From NCBI RefSeq assembly GCF_002113885.1, contig NW_018408770.1:308281-372280 (forward strand): a stretch of DNA of 64,000 bases, given 5' to 3'. Origin of the DNA: Mizuhopecten yessoensis (lineage: Eukaryota). Positions within the stretch are counted from its first letter, which is position 1. Each line of letters starts with the position of its first letter. The notes beneath the pieces were generated by a model. That model did not search any database. It saw only the letters and a list, made by a program, of their open reading frames with translations, and had not been told where the DNA came from. Shown here one piece after another: positions 26,794-40,300 of this stretch. The position numbers and the translations under genes are program-made.

Positions 26794-27862
26794 TAGTACT
26801 GTATATATAATTACATGACTGACAGCAACACTCGTTTGACCTGCTAAACGCTATCCGTATAACATTATCAATACTCAATACTTCATTTGTCGAAAATGTT
26901 ATTTATAGCATTCCTTCTCTTTTAATTTTGAAATGATTTTAAATATTGTTTCTGTAGTCAGAGATGTTTAGGGGGTATCTATTTGTCTACTTACTCTGAT
27001 AAAACGTGTCCATATTATCCGTCTGTCCATCCATTTGTCCACTAAAAGTTGTACTTGTAAGAGCACCCATAAACTACTTATTGCTGGATATCACTTTATA
27101 TATAATTCCTCGATGTATGAACGCATAGGGTTCTGCCTAAAATGGCTATATTTCACATATAGATGTTGAGTCGTAAACCTGACGGGAGGTCAAATGATTG
27201 TTATGTTGGAAGCTTGCTGTACAAACGAATATAGCTGGTCCCGTAAGTCAGATTTTATGCTCTAACCCAATTTCTTATTACAGTGAAAAATGTATGGAAA
27301 AAAATATTCAATGATCTGGAAGAATTTGGGAGAGTCTTAGGGCTTAATACCATTTTCGGTGTTTACACTTTACTTTTTGACCGTGTAACACAAGTTTAAA
27401 CCAGCTGCAAGAAAGACGGTTTGAGCACAGAATCCACACTTGAGCACGATACCGGTTTCATGCCCTGGATTCCTATAATTTTATATACTTAAGACAAAAA
27501 TGTGGCAGACATGAGACTGTTTGTGTGTTTATCGTGCAGAGAGAAATGTAGTGATGACGTCAAAATGTGAAAACATTGTAAAATGTATACAAAATTCTTT
27601 ACAGGTTGTGTATTGGCATTATGTGGATAGATCTTTCGTACCACAACACATATATACGTGTATAAGAAATAAATTTACTGGAAAGTCGTAATAACGCAAA
27701 GAAAACACGTAAATTACGCAAACAAACACGTAATAACACGAAAAAACTTTCGTTCTTGGTAAGACCACGTTACGGACAACTATTACTGTCTATAGTAACC
27801 TGTGTTGGGATATGTCTACCCCAGTGTCCTAATTAAGTGACCAGTGTAGGGGAGATCAGGTC

Positions 27863-27976
27863 AACTATTGGTTCAAACGTCTCTCGTCTGAGTGGATAGA
27901 TCGGTTGTACCAAACTATTGGTACGGACGTCTCTCGTCTGAGTGGATTGGTCGGTTGTACCAAACTATTGGTACGG
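27863..27976. repeat. 50-bp tandem duplication
   Basis: ACGTCTCTCGTCTGAGTGGA..TCGGTTGTACCAAACTATTGGTACGG occurs twice (CAAACTATTG at 27911 and 27961). Confidence 0.85.
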
Positions 27977-29311
27977 CCGCTTCTAAACTGTCGACCAGAT
28001 TAAACCAGACTATTGGGTAAATCGATGTGTCCCTATGTAGACTCATACTTTTAACCAATAAATCTGTCACAAGTGATATATCACAGGTACGAAATGAAAA
28101 CGAATCTGACAACATTAAATGTGATGACAATACACGGACACTCACCTGTATATATATATTACACCTTTTGATGCCCAGCTACCCAGAACATCAGTCTGTA
28201 TTGCTCTATACACCGACCTAGGTAACCATGAAATTGAGTATGTACAGGAAATTTAATATGAATTGATCATTGCAGTAACCTAGTTTGTGTGGCATTTTAT
28301 CGTCATTGGAGTTTGATGACAGTCCTGTCCATATACCTATGATCTTCGCGTGCATGACAGGTCCGGATCGTATACCCGTGGAATGTGATTGGAAATGTTT
28401 TATCGAAAGCATTAGTTTTATGCAACGGTTTCCATTAGTTAATTGTTTCATATCATTTGTTAAAAGTTTCGTGCTGTTTTCAAATATCTTTTTTACATGT
28501 ACAACTAAATTATGGATGCTCACAAGAACGTGAATTATAGCTGTCCGTCCGTCCGTCATGTCTTTTGCCCCAACAATGGGCTCTTAAACGATTAAACTTG
28601 TTCAAATGTAATTATTAAATTACAGCCTTTCAAACAAATAAAGCTTAGTTGGAACATGATATGAGCGAAACTGTTGAATACAATTAATGAATATGCACAG
28701 CGTATAGTGTTCTGTAGTTTTTGCCTTACTTGTAATATGGGATGTGCCATTGTCATTTGTTCAAACATGTAACATTTTTTTTATGTGAACCACAACTTCT
28801 ACAAATGTATCAGGTTGGCGCCATTTTATGTTTAAGTTGGCAACATTCCATCGATGCCAATGTGATGTATTGATGGTCTGTCTAAATACCGGAACCGTTG
28901 TCGGAACTTTGATCCGTAACTAATCGGATAAAGTCCAAATATAGCCGAATTTACAAAGCCGTCCAACTGTTGTTTTGACTAAACAGGTACAAATATGGCT
29001 GATCAATATCTATTATTAGCAGTGTATTGTGTTTTGGCGTAAATATGACTCGGTATTGTTAAATTTTGTAACTGACACAATGAATGATATATGTGTTTAC
29101 CTTCTGTATATAAATCATCGGTATTTACTCCTATTGTTAAACTATGACCGGATTATGACATCACCTGTACCGTGTCTGGGATTAATGGAGATTTACACTG
29201 TATTTATTTTAAGGATCCCTGTCCCACTTCAGGCAAACTACGTTTGTAGTATTTCATACGTAAGTAACCTCCCCTTAATTTCACTTTAGATTTACCTTTA
29301 GTTGGAACTAT

Positions 29312-29535
29312 GCCTGTCAGGTAGCTTTGTTGGTTAGAGAAACTGCATTGTGATCAGAAGTCCAGGGTTCGACTCCTGGCCCTGAAATCACGAAACGATC
29401 TAAGTCTAAAATTGTTTTAAGTTTTAATCTGGTATGACGTGTCGTCATAAAAATTGACGTCATACGTGATTGGCTTAGCAAAAACTATTATTGCTCCATG
29501 ATCCCGGAGCCAGGTCTGGCCCAGTTGCATTTTCA
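29312..29535 (+). mobile_element. tRNA-derived repeat interrupted by a small CCTGG..CCAGG MITE (about 29375-29514)
   Basis: A-box-like GTAGCTTTGTTGGTTAGAG and B-box GGGTTCGACTCC, with the host sequence resuming as TCTGGCCCAGTTGCATTTTC. The insert has imperfect TIRs CCTGGCCCTGAAATCACG / CATGATCCCGGAGCCAGG. Confidence 0.5.
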
Positions 29536-30053
29536 TTCTGAGAACGCTATTGTTGTTGTTTTCATCGTCATTGCCTTATCATACAAGTCCCAAAAGAAAG
29601 GGCTTCTTTATTTATTAAAACTATCAGTCATAACGGTATTCATGTTTACAGTTATTGACAGTGGTATGTACGGGGATCCTTCAAACGATTCAATGACTTA
29701 AATGGCTTCATCAGCACATGGCGAGTTCGGATTAATTTGTCTTTTTCTCAATTTTATTTTGTGTAGAAATCGTTTTCGTGCTGCGCGGATTGTACAGATC
29801 CTAATGAATCGGACAGTATTTGCTCCAAACCGTTTGCAGACTTTTGGATATGTTTACAGATGGGGAACAAGAGAAATTAATGTGCAAGTAAACAACAAAA
29901 ACTGGTATATAATATAAACTGGGACTGGGAATGTAAAAGGTCTAAGGTTAACACATTTTTTTCTCATTACAGGTAGAGGTATATGATACAGACGGAAGAC
30001 AGACTCGTTACAGACAGCGGTATACGTAACGGACGGAGGACAGATATACAGTC

Positions 30054-30665
30054 ATGTCCAAACTGACAGTGGAGGCGTTGGAACAGCACCACGAGACTAA
30101 CACACGTACCAGGCGTCTGTCCGTCTTCAATAAAGATGGGTCGGACAGCACGGGGCTCAATGTAACGGGGCCAAACCTGCGTCGGCTCTCCCGGCCTGAT
30201 CACAGACTCAGCGTACAGTACGGTTACACAGGTAGGCGGCCGTCCCAGGTCTCAAGGACAAGCATCTCTGGGTCGGTGGGGCCAAAACACATTGGAATAC
30301 CAATCAAACTACAGAACACATACAGACTCGAACCTCTTCCCAAAGAGAAGTTCGACCCGTCAAAAGTAAATACCATTATGTATAACGTCCTGGAATCTTA
30401 CCTTGATGGTGAGAAATACGACCCTAAAATGTGTTCAAATCTCGCTCAGAACCTCACAGACGTTATAAAGAATCGCGTGAAGGAGCTTGGTTATGTGCGC
30501 TACAAACTTGTCTGCAACGTCATAATTGGTGAAAACTCCGCGCAGGGCATGCGCGTAGCCAGTCGCTGTCTCTGGGACGACAGTACAGACAGTTACGCGC
30601 AAGCAAGTTACTCCAAGGGACAGATCTACGCCGTGGCCACTGTGTATGCAACCTATTTTGATTAG
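30054..30665 (+). CDS. Tctex-1 domain dynein light chain (TCTEX1D/DYNLT5-like), 203 aa, single coding exon
   Basis: LQNTYRLEP..F, YDPKMCSNLAQNLTDVIKNRVKELGYVRYKLVCNVIIGE, ASRCLWDDSTDSYAQASY and YAVATVYATYFD are Tctex-1 family signatures. The acceptor TTTTTTCTCATTACAG at ~29972 implies upstream non-coding exon(s). Confidence 0.92.
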   Translation: MSKLTVEALEQHHETNTRTRRLSVFNKDGSDSTGLNVTGPNLRRLSRPDHRLSVQYGYTGRRPSQVSRTSISGSVGPKHIGIPIKLQNTYRLEPLPKEKFDPSKVNTIMYNVLESYLDGEKYDPKMCSNLAQNLTDVIKNRVKELGYVRYKLVCNVIIGENSAQGMRVASRCLWDDSTDSYAQASYSKGQIYAVATVYATYFD

Positions 30666-32725
30666 TGATTTTGTTTTATTTACGTATTACAACATATTAA
30701 AATATATGGTGCGATGGTCAGCGTACTTGAACAGAAACGTATCTGAAAGAGGAAATGGCTGTGTCACACCGGGTCATAGGTCAAGTTCAAACACAAGTAT
30801 ATTCCAAACAAGTAGATAATGCTCTCTAAAATTAAGAAATGTTACAACTGAGCAGAGACAGTTTTTCATCGACCATATGTTTGAAAAGTTTGGCCGAGTG
30901 GGACTTGAAAGTCACGTGAATGTTCGACGTAGGTCTTGCTCAATTTTGTTGAGGCATATAAAGACAAAGTTGTAGCCTAAGTGATGTTCAGAGGAAACAA
31001 GTTCAGCACATTTTAGAACTAACTGGTTCAATTTTTATTGAGCAAGGACGGCAAACAAATCCACAAAAAGGAAAAAGCAAATCACTTTATTTATCAAACA
31101 ACAGATTTATATACGTTTCATTGAAAAGCTCCATCATTAATCTACAAATACCAGTCCATTGTAGCTGTAACGCCACAAATCTGGTCCAAATGCAGTTATC
31201 GGCTCCGTTCCTATACAATAAACTGTATCGATAAGTCGAGATAGTAACATCACTAAGTAAATATATTAGAACACATTCCAGCTTCTCCTGGAAATTGTAG
31301 GTTAGAAACTTTTTACAGGCCGCATGGGTATTAACGATTGTTCCTTCAGCTTTGTCAAAGAAAACGTTTGTGTAGTGTTCCATTACGTACATGGTTCTGT
31401 GCCCATGGGATGCTATCTCACCTTAAGGGTATATGCCACCTTACTGTTAACAAATCTCCGTTACAATAGACTTCCACGCTAAAGCTATTGATTTATGAAT
31501 TAACCATAATGGATTCATTGATAAAAAGGAAGCAGTTCTGAATTGTAAATTTCTGAGATATTGCCACTTAAAATTCCCTTTCATCATAATGAGCTATTAC
31601 ATATGACAGGTATAATGTGTAAGATGGTCTATATACTTAAATTAATAGTTAGTTCATTTTTGTATAATGTGATATCTGTATTGAAATTCCGTCCAAATTA
31701 AACTATTGTTGTAACCTGATATGTTATGTGTGTTGTTTTGTGATTGAACTAAGGTACAATACATGCCTTTTTAAAAATATTTTTATACCTGTATGTCAAG
31801 GACATCTTTTATATACCTGTATGCCCCTCACTGACATCAGTCATTTACACAAAACTAACTGGCAGGGGGAGAGGGTGGCAGTAAATATGGACTGGGAAGA
31901 TCAATAAGGAAATGTGTTTGTGACAAAAATAGTTTCTAATGAGAACCTTTGTAATAAATGACCCACACAAATAGTCACACATGAAGTGTATTGAATTTAG
32001 GTTTTCATATATAAATTAGGCCCCAGCTTCAAAATTCAGACAAAATAGGAATAAAACTTATAACTGTTCTAAGACTAAACCTTGTAAGTCACATGTTTAC
32101 TGCAACAATGGCTGCAAATAAGTGTCATGTTGAAGTAAGCGACCGTGAATAAGTTTCATATATGTAGTCAACATTGCATATAACAAGTTATATCTCACCT
32201 GTTCCAACTTTGATGGTCAGCAGCAAATTATGATTTGAGAATCGAGTAAAACACAAGGCCTTAGACTTCACGATCAACTGAAGTATTGCCAGACTAAATG
32301 AATTTGGACTTTGATAAAGATGTACTGCCCAAGATGTATGGAAGTGCAGGCTTAATTGACCTACAACATATTACACAAAGCTGAACGTAAAAAATGATTG
32401 ATGAGTATCATGTAAGAGTCACAGGACCAGATAAAGGAGGCTACATTCAGTATCTGATGGATTGGAATGAAGAAGCTAAGATGAAACTCTAGTCCGTTTG
32501 AGAGCTAATTGTAGAAACTTGACACCATTGCTACCAGAAAAGTGACACACAGGTCCTGCCTGCCAGAATCTCTATCTTGGGCCTGACACCAACCACCTAT
32601 GGAAACAGTTTATAATGACTATCCAAGTTAAGTCAAATAAGATTTGTCTAGTCCTGAAAATGGGGTACTGGACACTACCACACAAATATACATAGTGTCC
32701 ATAGAGATTGCAATATTTATAATTA

Positions 32726-32880
32726 CCTGGGCCATTTTCGTTAAAACGGTTAAACCAGTCGGATCACAGGGACCTAGTAATCTGATGCTGCTTTCAGGCG
32801 AGCCTTGACAAAGCCTTGCAACGCCTGCATAAACCTATTATACCCAAAATTGTTAAATTTATAAACGAACAGGCCCCTGG
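32726..32880. mobile_element. MITE with TA flanks
   Basis: TA|CCTGGGCCATTTTCGTT ... AACGAACAGGCCCCTGG|TA imperfect TIRs. Confidence 0.6.
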
Positions 32881-34349
32881 TATACATTTTTTTCTCACAT
32901 GTCACAAGATTTATGATAAAAAATCACTAAAGCAAAATATTTCAATAATATTTATTTTTCAATTTAAGTTAAAGATACCAAAGAAAGGACAATTAAAGCA
33001 AGGACGCACATTTACTCTATGGTAAAGCATTCAGTCATTTTAGTTGGGGAGACACATTGAGTATAGTCACTTTGTTCAGGGGAAGTAACTCCACACATTT
33101 TACAACAGATGGTATTTTCTCGTTTACGTGCGGAAAGTTCTCGATTGATTATACAATATGTTACAGCATATGTTACATATGACACTTTGATCAGGGGAGA
33201 CAATTAGACAAACACACATGACAAACAGTTAGTTGAAAATTACACTGAGATTGACAATGACATAGCATGCATACAATGTACATTCGTTGTTAAATAAATA
33301 TCAAATATGATTTTAATGTCCTCATTAGGATTCTAGAAAAAGTTAACGAAATTAGAAACCATTAACAATTCACAGTTCAAAAACCATGATAGTACAAATT
33401 TGGTCAATTAAACAGTTCAAAACAAGTCACATAAAATATTGCCACTTTAAATAATCTAAAATGCAGTTAATTTGAATACATCTATTTATCATTACCCACT
33501 GAAAATGCAGTAAATATTGAGATTTGTTTTTTGCTGGTCTGTGTATTACTGCATCAGAGTAAATTAAAAACCGACACATTGCCCTGGTTCTATTGGGCAC
33601 CTTATTACTTATAACATAATTTGACGTCAAATGTACTGTGGTCGTTGACTCCGACAGAAATAGCCCTAATACTTGAGTACATTTTACTGTGGTCGTTGAC
33701 CCAGAAATAGCCCCAATACTTCAGAACATGTAACTGTGGTCATTGACTCACAAACTTTTATATTACAGTAAATCAGTAAAGCATCATGAAGCAAAAGATA
33801 AATTGTTTCATCAGCCTTAAAGATAAATAAATACTTGCATTATTATTGCAAAAATATATCTTGCATTGTAAAATGCATAGAAATAAAGGACATTGTTATT
33901 TGTACTTAAAATAATTAACAGCTTGGTAAACAATGAAACCTGATTTCCCAAGCAAAATCTAACACTTCATTAGCCCTAAATAATAATAAGTAAAACAATT
34001 TATCATAAACTTGTGAAAAGTGAAAGAAACTTAGATGATGTCATTCATGAACATAGTCTTGAATAGTTAGTACGAAGGTCCTGCTTCTATTTGTATGTTT
34101 TAAAAATTCAATTCATAAAAAAAACATTTCATTAATTTCAAAGAGCTTCAATTCATTTGTTCAAAAAAATACAACTCTTATATTCAAATTATCACAATTT
34201 CAAATATATACATATATCAAAATCACCACGATTCATGTACACAAGATGTTTCTCAATTTTACGACTAAGACACCATAGCAGTGTTGATACAGCAGTCCCT
34301 TTCACACCTTCAAGTTGTCCTAGACATTATACATCTAAACTCCATCTCG

Positions 34350-37300
34350 TCATAACTCGTCGTTGGTAGCTGTATTATCACCTTTTAATGTTTCCAACAC
34401 TGCCTTCATGCTTTTAACAACTGAAAAAGAAACATTCACTATAAGCGTTAGCATTCAACAAAACTACTGCAATGAGTAAGTGTTCAATTTAATAAGAAAC
34501 CCTAATTGAGCACCAGCGTTTATCATATATAGAAACCCTAGTTGAGCACCAGCGTTTATCATATATAGAAACCCTAGTTGAGCACCAGCGTTTATCATAT
34601 ATAGAAACCCTTATTGAGCACCAGCGTTTATCATATATAGAAACCCTAGTTGAGCACCAGCGTTTATCATATATAGAAACCCTAATTGAGCACCAGCGTT
34701 TATCATATATAGAAACCCTTATTGAGCACCAGCGTTTATCATATATAGAAACCCTAGTTGAGCACCAGCGTTTATCATATATAGAAACCCTAATTGAGCA
34801 CCAGCGTTTATCATATATAGAAACCCTTATTGAGCACCAGCGTTTATCATATATAGAAACCCTAGTTGAGCACCAGCGTTTATCATATATAGAAACCCTA
34901 ATTGAGCACCAGCGTTTATCATATATAGAAACCCTTATTGAGCACCAGCGTTTATCATATATAGAAACCCTAGTTGAGCACCAGCGTTTATCATATATAG
35001 AAACCCTAATTGAGCACCAGCGTTTATCATATATAGAAACCCTTATTGAGCACCAGCGTTTATCATATATAGAAACCCTAGTTGAGCACCAGCGTTTATC
35101 ATATATAGAAACCCTAATTGAGCACCAGCGTTTATCATATATAGAAACCCTTATTGAGCACCAGCGTTTATCATATATAGAAACCCTAATTGAGCACCAG
35201 CGTTTATCATATATAGAAACCCTAATTGAGCACCAGCGTTTATCATATATAGAAACCCTTATTGAGCACCAGCGTTTATCATATATAGAAACCCTAATTG
35301 AGCACCAGCGTTTATCATATATAGAAACCCTAATTGAGCACCAGCGTTTATCATATATAGAAACCCTTATTGAGCACCAGCGTTTATCATATATAGAAAC
35401 CCTAATTGAGCACCAGCGTTTATCATATATAGAAACCCTTATTGAGCACCAGCGTTTATCATATATAGAAACCCTAGTTGAGCACCAGCGTTTATCATAT
35501 ATAGAAACCCTAATTGAGCACCAGCGTTTATCATATATAGAAACTCTAATTGAGCACAAGCGTTTATCATATATAGAAACCCTTATTGAGCACCAGCGTT
35601 TATCATATATAGAAACCCTAATTGAGCACCAGCGTTTATCATATATAGAAACCCTTATTGAGCACCAGCGTTTATCATATATAGAAACCCTAATTGAGCA
35701 CCAGCGTTTATCATATATAGAAACCCTAATTGAGCACCAGCGTTTATCATATATAGAAACCCTAATTGAGCACCAGCGTTTATCATATATAGAAACCCTA
35801 ATTGAGCACCAGCGTTTATCATATATAGAAACCCTTATTGAGCACCAGCGTTTATCATATATAGAAACCCTAATTGAGCACCAGCGTTTATCATATATAG
35901 AAACCCTTATTGAGCACCAGCGTTTATCATATATAGAAACCCTAATTGAGCACCAGCGTTTATCATATATAGAAACCCTAATTGAGCACCAGCGTTTATC
36001 ATATATAGAAACCCTAATTGAGCACCAGCGTTTATCATATATAGAAACCCTAATTGAGCACCAGCGTTTATCATATATAGAAACCCTAATTGAGCACCAG
36101 CGTTTATCATATATAGAAACTCTAATTGAGCACAAGCGTTTATCATATATAGAAACCCTTATTGAGCACCAGCGTTTATCATATATAGAAACCCTAGTTG
36201 AGCACCAGCGTTTATCATATATAGAAACCCTAGTTGAGCACCAGCGTTTATCATATATAGAAACTCTAATTGAGCACAAGCGTTTATCATATATAGAAAC
36301 CTTTATTGAGCACCAGCGTTTATCATATAAAGAAACCCTAGTTGAGCACCAGCGTTTATCATATATGGAAATACTTGTTGAGCACCAACGTTTATCATAT
36401 TTAGAAACTCTAATTGAGCACCAGCGTTTATCATATATAGAAACTCTAATTGAGCACCAGCGTTTATCATATATAGAAACTCTAATTGAGCACCAGCGTT
36501 TATCATTTATAGAAACTCTAATCGAGCACCCGCTTTTATCATATATAGAAACTCTTATTGAGCACCAGCATTTATCATATATAGAAACCCTAATTGAGCA
36601 CCAGTGTTTATCATATATAGAAACTCTAATTGAGCACCAGCGTTTATCATATATAGAAACCCTAATTGAGCACCAGCTTTTATCATAAAAAGAAACCCTA
36701 GTTGAGCACCAGCGTTTATCATACATAGAAACCCTTATTGAGCACCAGCGTTTATCATATATAGAAAACCATGTTGAGTACCAGTGTTCATCTTAAAACC
36801 AGTGTTAAACATTACCAGGAACACTATTTGGACATACTTACATGCATCACTAAAAACACATACATTGATTATAGGTTAGTAAGAGATCACATTTCAGTCA
36901 TGTTCAAATTGCAAGCGTTTTGCTTTTGATACACAGATCTTCCCTACAACCATTCAAACATATATCGAGAATATATCATGACAAAAATGAACTATGGAGG
37001 CTCTGTTCACGACACTTTGAAGATGATACAAGTAGACCAGTTTGTCTATTGTTGACATCAAAAGGATCTAGCAGCAGCATAGTGGTAAAATTGACCAGCT
37101 CTGAAGTTGGGTGCCACTCTACAAGAGATAATCCTGGAGGGGGCCATGAGGTCATGACTCCTTCATGTTCCAATTTTTGAATTTTACATGGAATGACCCC
37201 TCTTAATTTTGATATTGACCAAAAATTGCTGAAATGGCCCACTGCTCTCAAATTCCATGATTTCCCCTGCTCCTCATAATTTTCAAAGGACACGTGTCAG

Positions 37301-40300
37301 CCTAAACATTGGTCAGCTTTTCATTACTGAAACCAATCAAATAGCTAACAGCGTGCTGTCAGTTTTGATATGGCATATTTAAAGATGCATTTCAGTGTAT
37401 TGTTATATATATATACTTACTGTGGTCAGGACTGTAGTAGTAATACTTATACTGGCTATTACCATCCTTATTGTAATGGTCATTTAATACCTCCCCATTG
37501 TTATCTGAAACACAATGTCAGAAATTAGATAGTATTTAAATGTAAGCCAACTGTCTATATATTTATCTATATTTTTAAGAAAACAAGTCAAAATGCCAAT
37601 GATCTGCCACTGCCTGACAACACCTACCATAGCCTAGTAGGCTAATTTAATATACTGTTCATTACATATACATCACAGACACCAAAACTAACTGTGTCAC
37701 CTTCATTTCCTGTACTCATTCCTGAGTACAAAGTGTATGCATAACTTATATGCACATTGTTAAAAGATATTTAATTTTTATTCTTAGTCACAAATCTCTG
37801 CATCATTGCGCCATTTAACGAGTGGAACAAGGGAGATAAATCTGTTTAAAGATATTTCATACAATTTCATATCTGTGTAAACACTGATCATGACCGTTTA
37901 AGACTTACCTAAGAAAAAGATTCTTGGAATGTATCCCCCATCAGGTGTAAATTTAGAGTCACTCGGTTCCTCATCATCCTATAGTTAGATAATTGATCAT
38001 ATCAACAGGTGTTCTAATACTCTGTTGGTCTCAAAACAAACAAATATATAGAAAATAATATTCTAAAGGTCTACCATTAGTTATTTTTGGTTTTACTGAA
38101 CTGTAATCATATACAGGTAAGTTTGAATCGGAAAAGATAAGAAAAAAGAAAATATCTTTTTTTTTTTACAAAAAGGTTATTAACTTGCTAAAACCATACA
38201 TATGAATGCATGTCATGAAACAGAAAAAACTACTCACCTCAGTATTGACCATAACAAACTCTTTACTAAGCTCCTTAATAGCTGTCGATTCTTCAACTTT
38301 TGGTTTTAAGGCTACAACAGAAATGGAAACATTACGTTTACATTAGTTTGTTCACGAAAAGGTATTTACAAAATTTCTCCTATTAACTGTTATCACAAAT
38401 ATGTTAATAAATCTGAAGCAACTTGATAATATAATATCCAATTAATGAGATGGGGATAATAAAAAAGGTTGTCACTTCCTGACATTTTCACTGTATGATC
38501 TAAATGACCTTTACCTGAAGAAATTACTCTAGACAAAGGTGATTGATTCTGCCGTGTCTAGTCTGCACTTAAAATTCTCATTTCACTCAGGGAAAATAGC
38601 CCGGTTCTATTTCAGATGATTATTTAAACCAAATATTGATGTCACTGTAACAGAGCATTGCAGTGATCTAGAAAGGTCGTTGTGGGGTCAAGCACAGTCT
38701 GGTGCCAAAATAAAGTAAACAGACAGGATTAACTCAATAAGCATAAATATAATATAGATTATGAAAACTGTGATCACTTGTCAAGAATCGAGTTCTCTGA
38801 TGACTTGGTATAACTTGAGACACAGTGAAGCCACAATAATCCAGTGATCTTTGTTCGCAGCATGATTACTGAGAATTTTTTTTACAGAAAAAGCGTATGC
38901 TGTTGCCTCAAACACTGGCTGGATAGTGTGACACCTGGACTATTGATAGCTGGATTAATGAGGCTAAACTCTTTATCATTGATACAATCTTCTTACATTT
39001 GCAAGCTCCACACCAGCTTTTGTGTATGATCAGCATCATAGGTTTGTTTCTGTAAAATAACGAGAGAGAAAAATGTATAAGTATATGACATAACAATGAT
39101 ATTTACCAGGTATACTGAAAAAATTCTTAGAAATTCAAGCAAACCATGATTTAACAAATGTGTTATCAGTCTGCAATGTTGATGAGCTGATCAAAAAAAT
39201 AAATAGCTCTAACAATATTATTTAGCTTGAACTTAGTAAAAAGGAACCCCTCACATTTGTCACCTCATAAGTTGCTATAAAATCTGCAGGGACTACAAAC
39301 TAACATTGCCCTTATAGCTGCCTAAGGATTTTTTAATCACACCTATATATACAACTGAACTATGTTACACGTAACTGCTTTAGATCTGTAGTTGTTTGAT
39401 CAAAAATCTCTTTGGCTTGTTAGTCTTTGTGCGTCCTCCCACATACTTAAATGATCACACCTTCGTAAACAAGTTCTCTGAGTTGGTTTTTATCATTTGG
39501 AATAAAGCTGAATGGCTTAATCTGCAGTTTTCTGATACTGTCTTCATATCTACTCATTATCAATTTAACATTCTAAGCTCTCTAATCCCCTATTGTCCCT
39601 TCCATCCAATATTTTACATCTGGACCAACCCTAATTTGGATGCTTTATAGTCGCCAACACTTACTCTGTCTTTGCTTGAGTCAGTCCATCATCTAGTTTC
39701 ACCCAGGCTATGCCATCTCCCCATCCTGCAAAATAAACACCATGACAAGTATGAATGTTAATGGGACAGTAAAATATATTGCCCTAAACAAGAAGTGGTA
39801 AACTCGTAAACAACACACCAGTTAATATTGACAAAACAACATCCCTCCTCTAATACATCCGATACGTTATAGGGACAATTATGTGAAGTAAAAAAATATA
39901 CATAACGTAGTCACAAAATTTTTCATGATTCTATATATAGTTTGATACTCCTTATAAACAATTCATGTCGAGAAATTGACAAGAGACAATGTTTTCTTGG
40001 CATTTTTAAATCCTTAACTATACAGCCGTACGTTTTAGCTGCAGCTGAATTTCTAGCTAACAAAAATGCCTTTCCAGCCGAGGAGGGAAGGTAACTTCTC
40101 GCTTTATTCACCTAGCCTCTCTGGAATACAAGTACATGCATTTATTCTGAATCAAAATCATCTTCCAACATCATCTTAACCTCAAACATCGTTATAAATG
40201 ATCGAGTGATCTATTGTTATGATACTTTCTGCGGTTTGAAATCCTCCATGCGACACCCTCTCAGAGTGTGCATGTTCTAATTAATCCTGTTTGTTTTTTA

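Noticed and set aside
29312-29380. Functional tRNA-His gene
   Set aside because: No acceptor stem can be formed, it is interrupted by a MITE, and it resembles the other tRNA-derived repeats in the window.
31080-31400. Possible minus-strand Penelope tail with a decayed hammerhead
   Set aside because: The core is mutated (TTAATGA) and the ORF similarity is not convincing.
34489-36726. 745-aa ORF as a real gene
   Set aside because: It is a 36-bp intronic minisatellite with a stop-free frame, no unique domain and no synonymous-biased variation.
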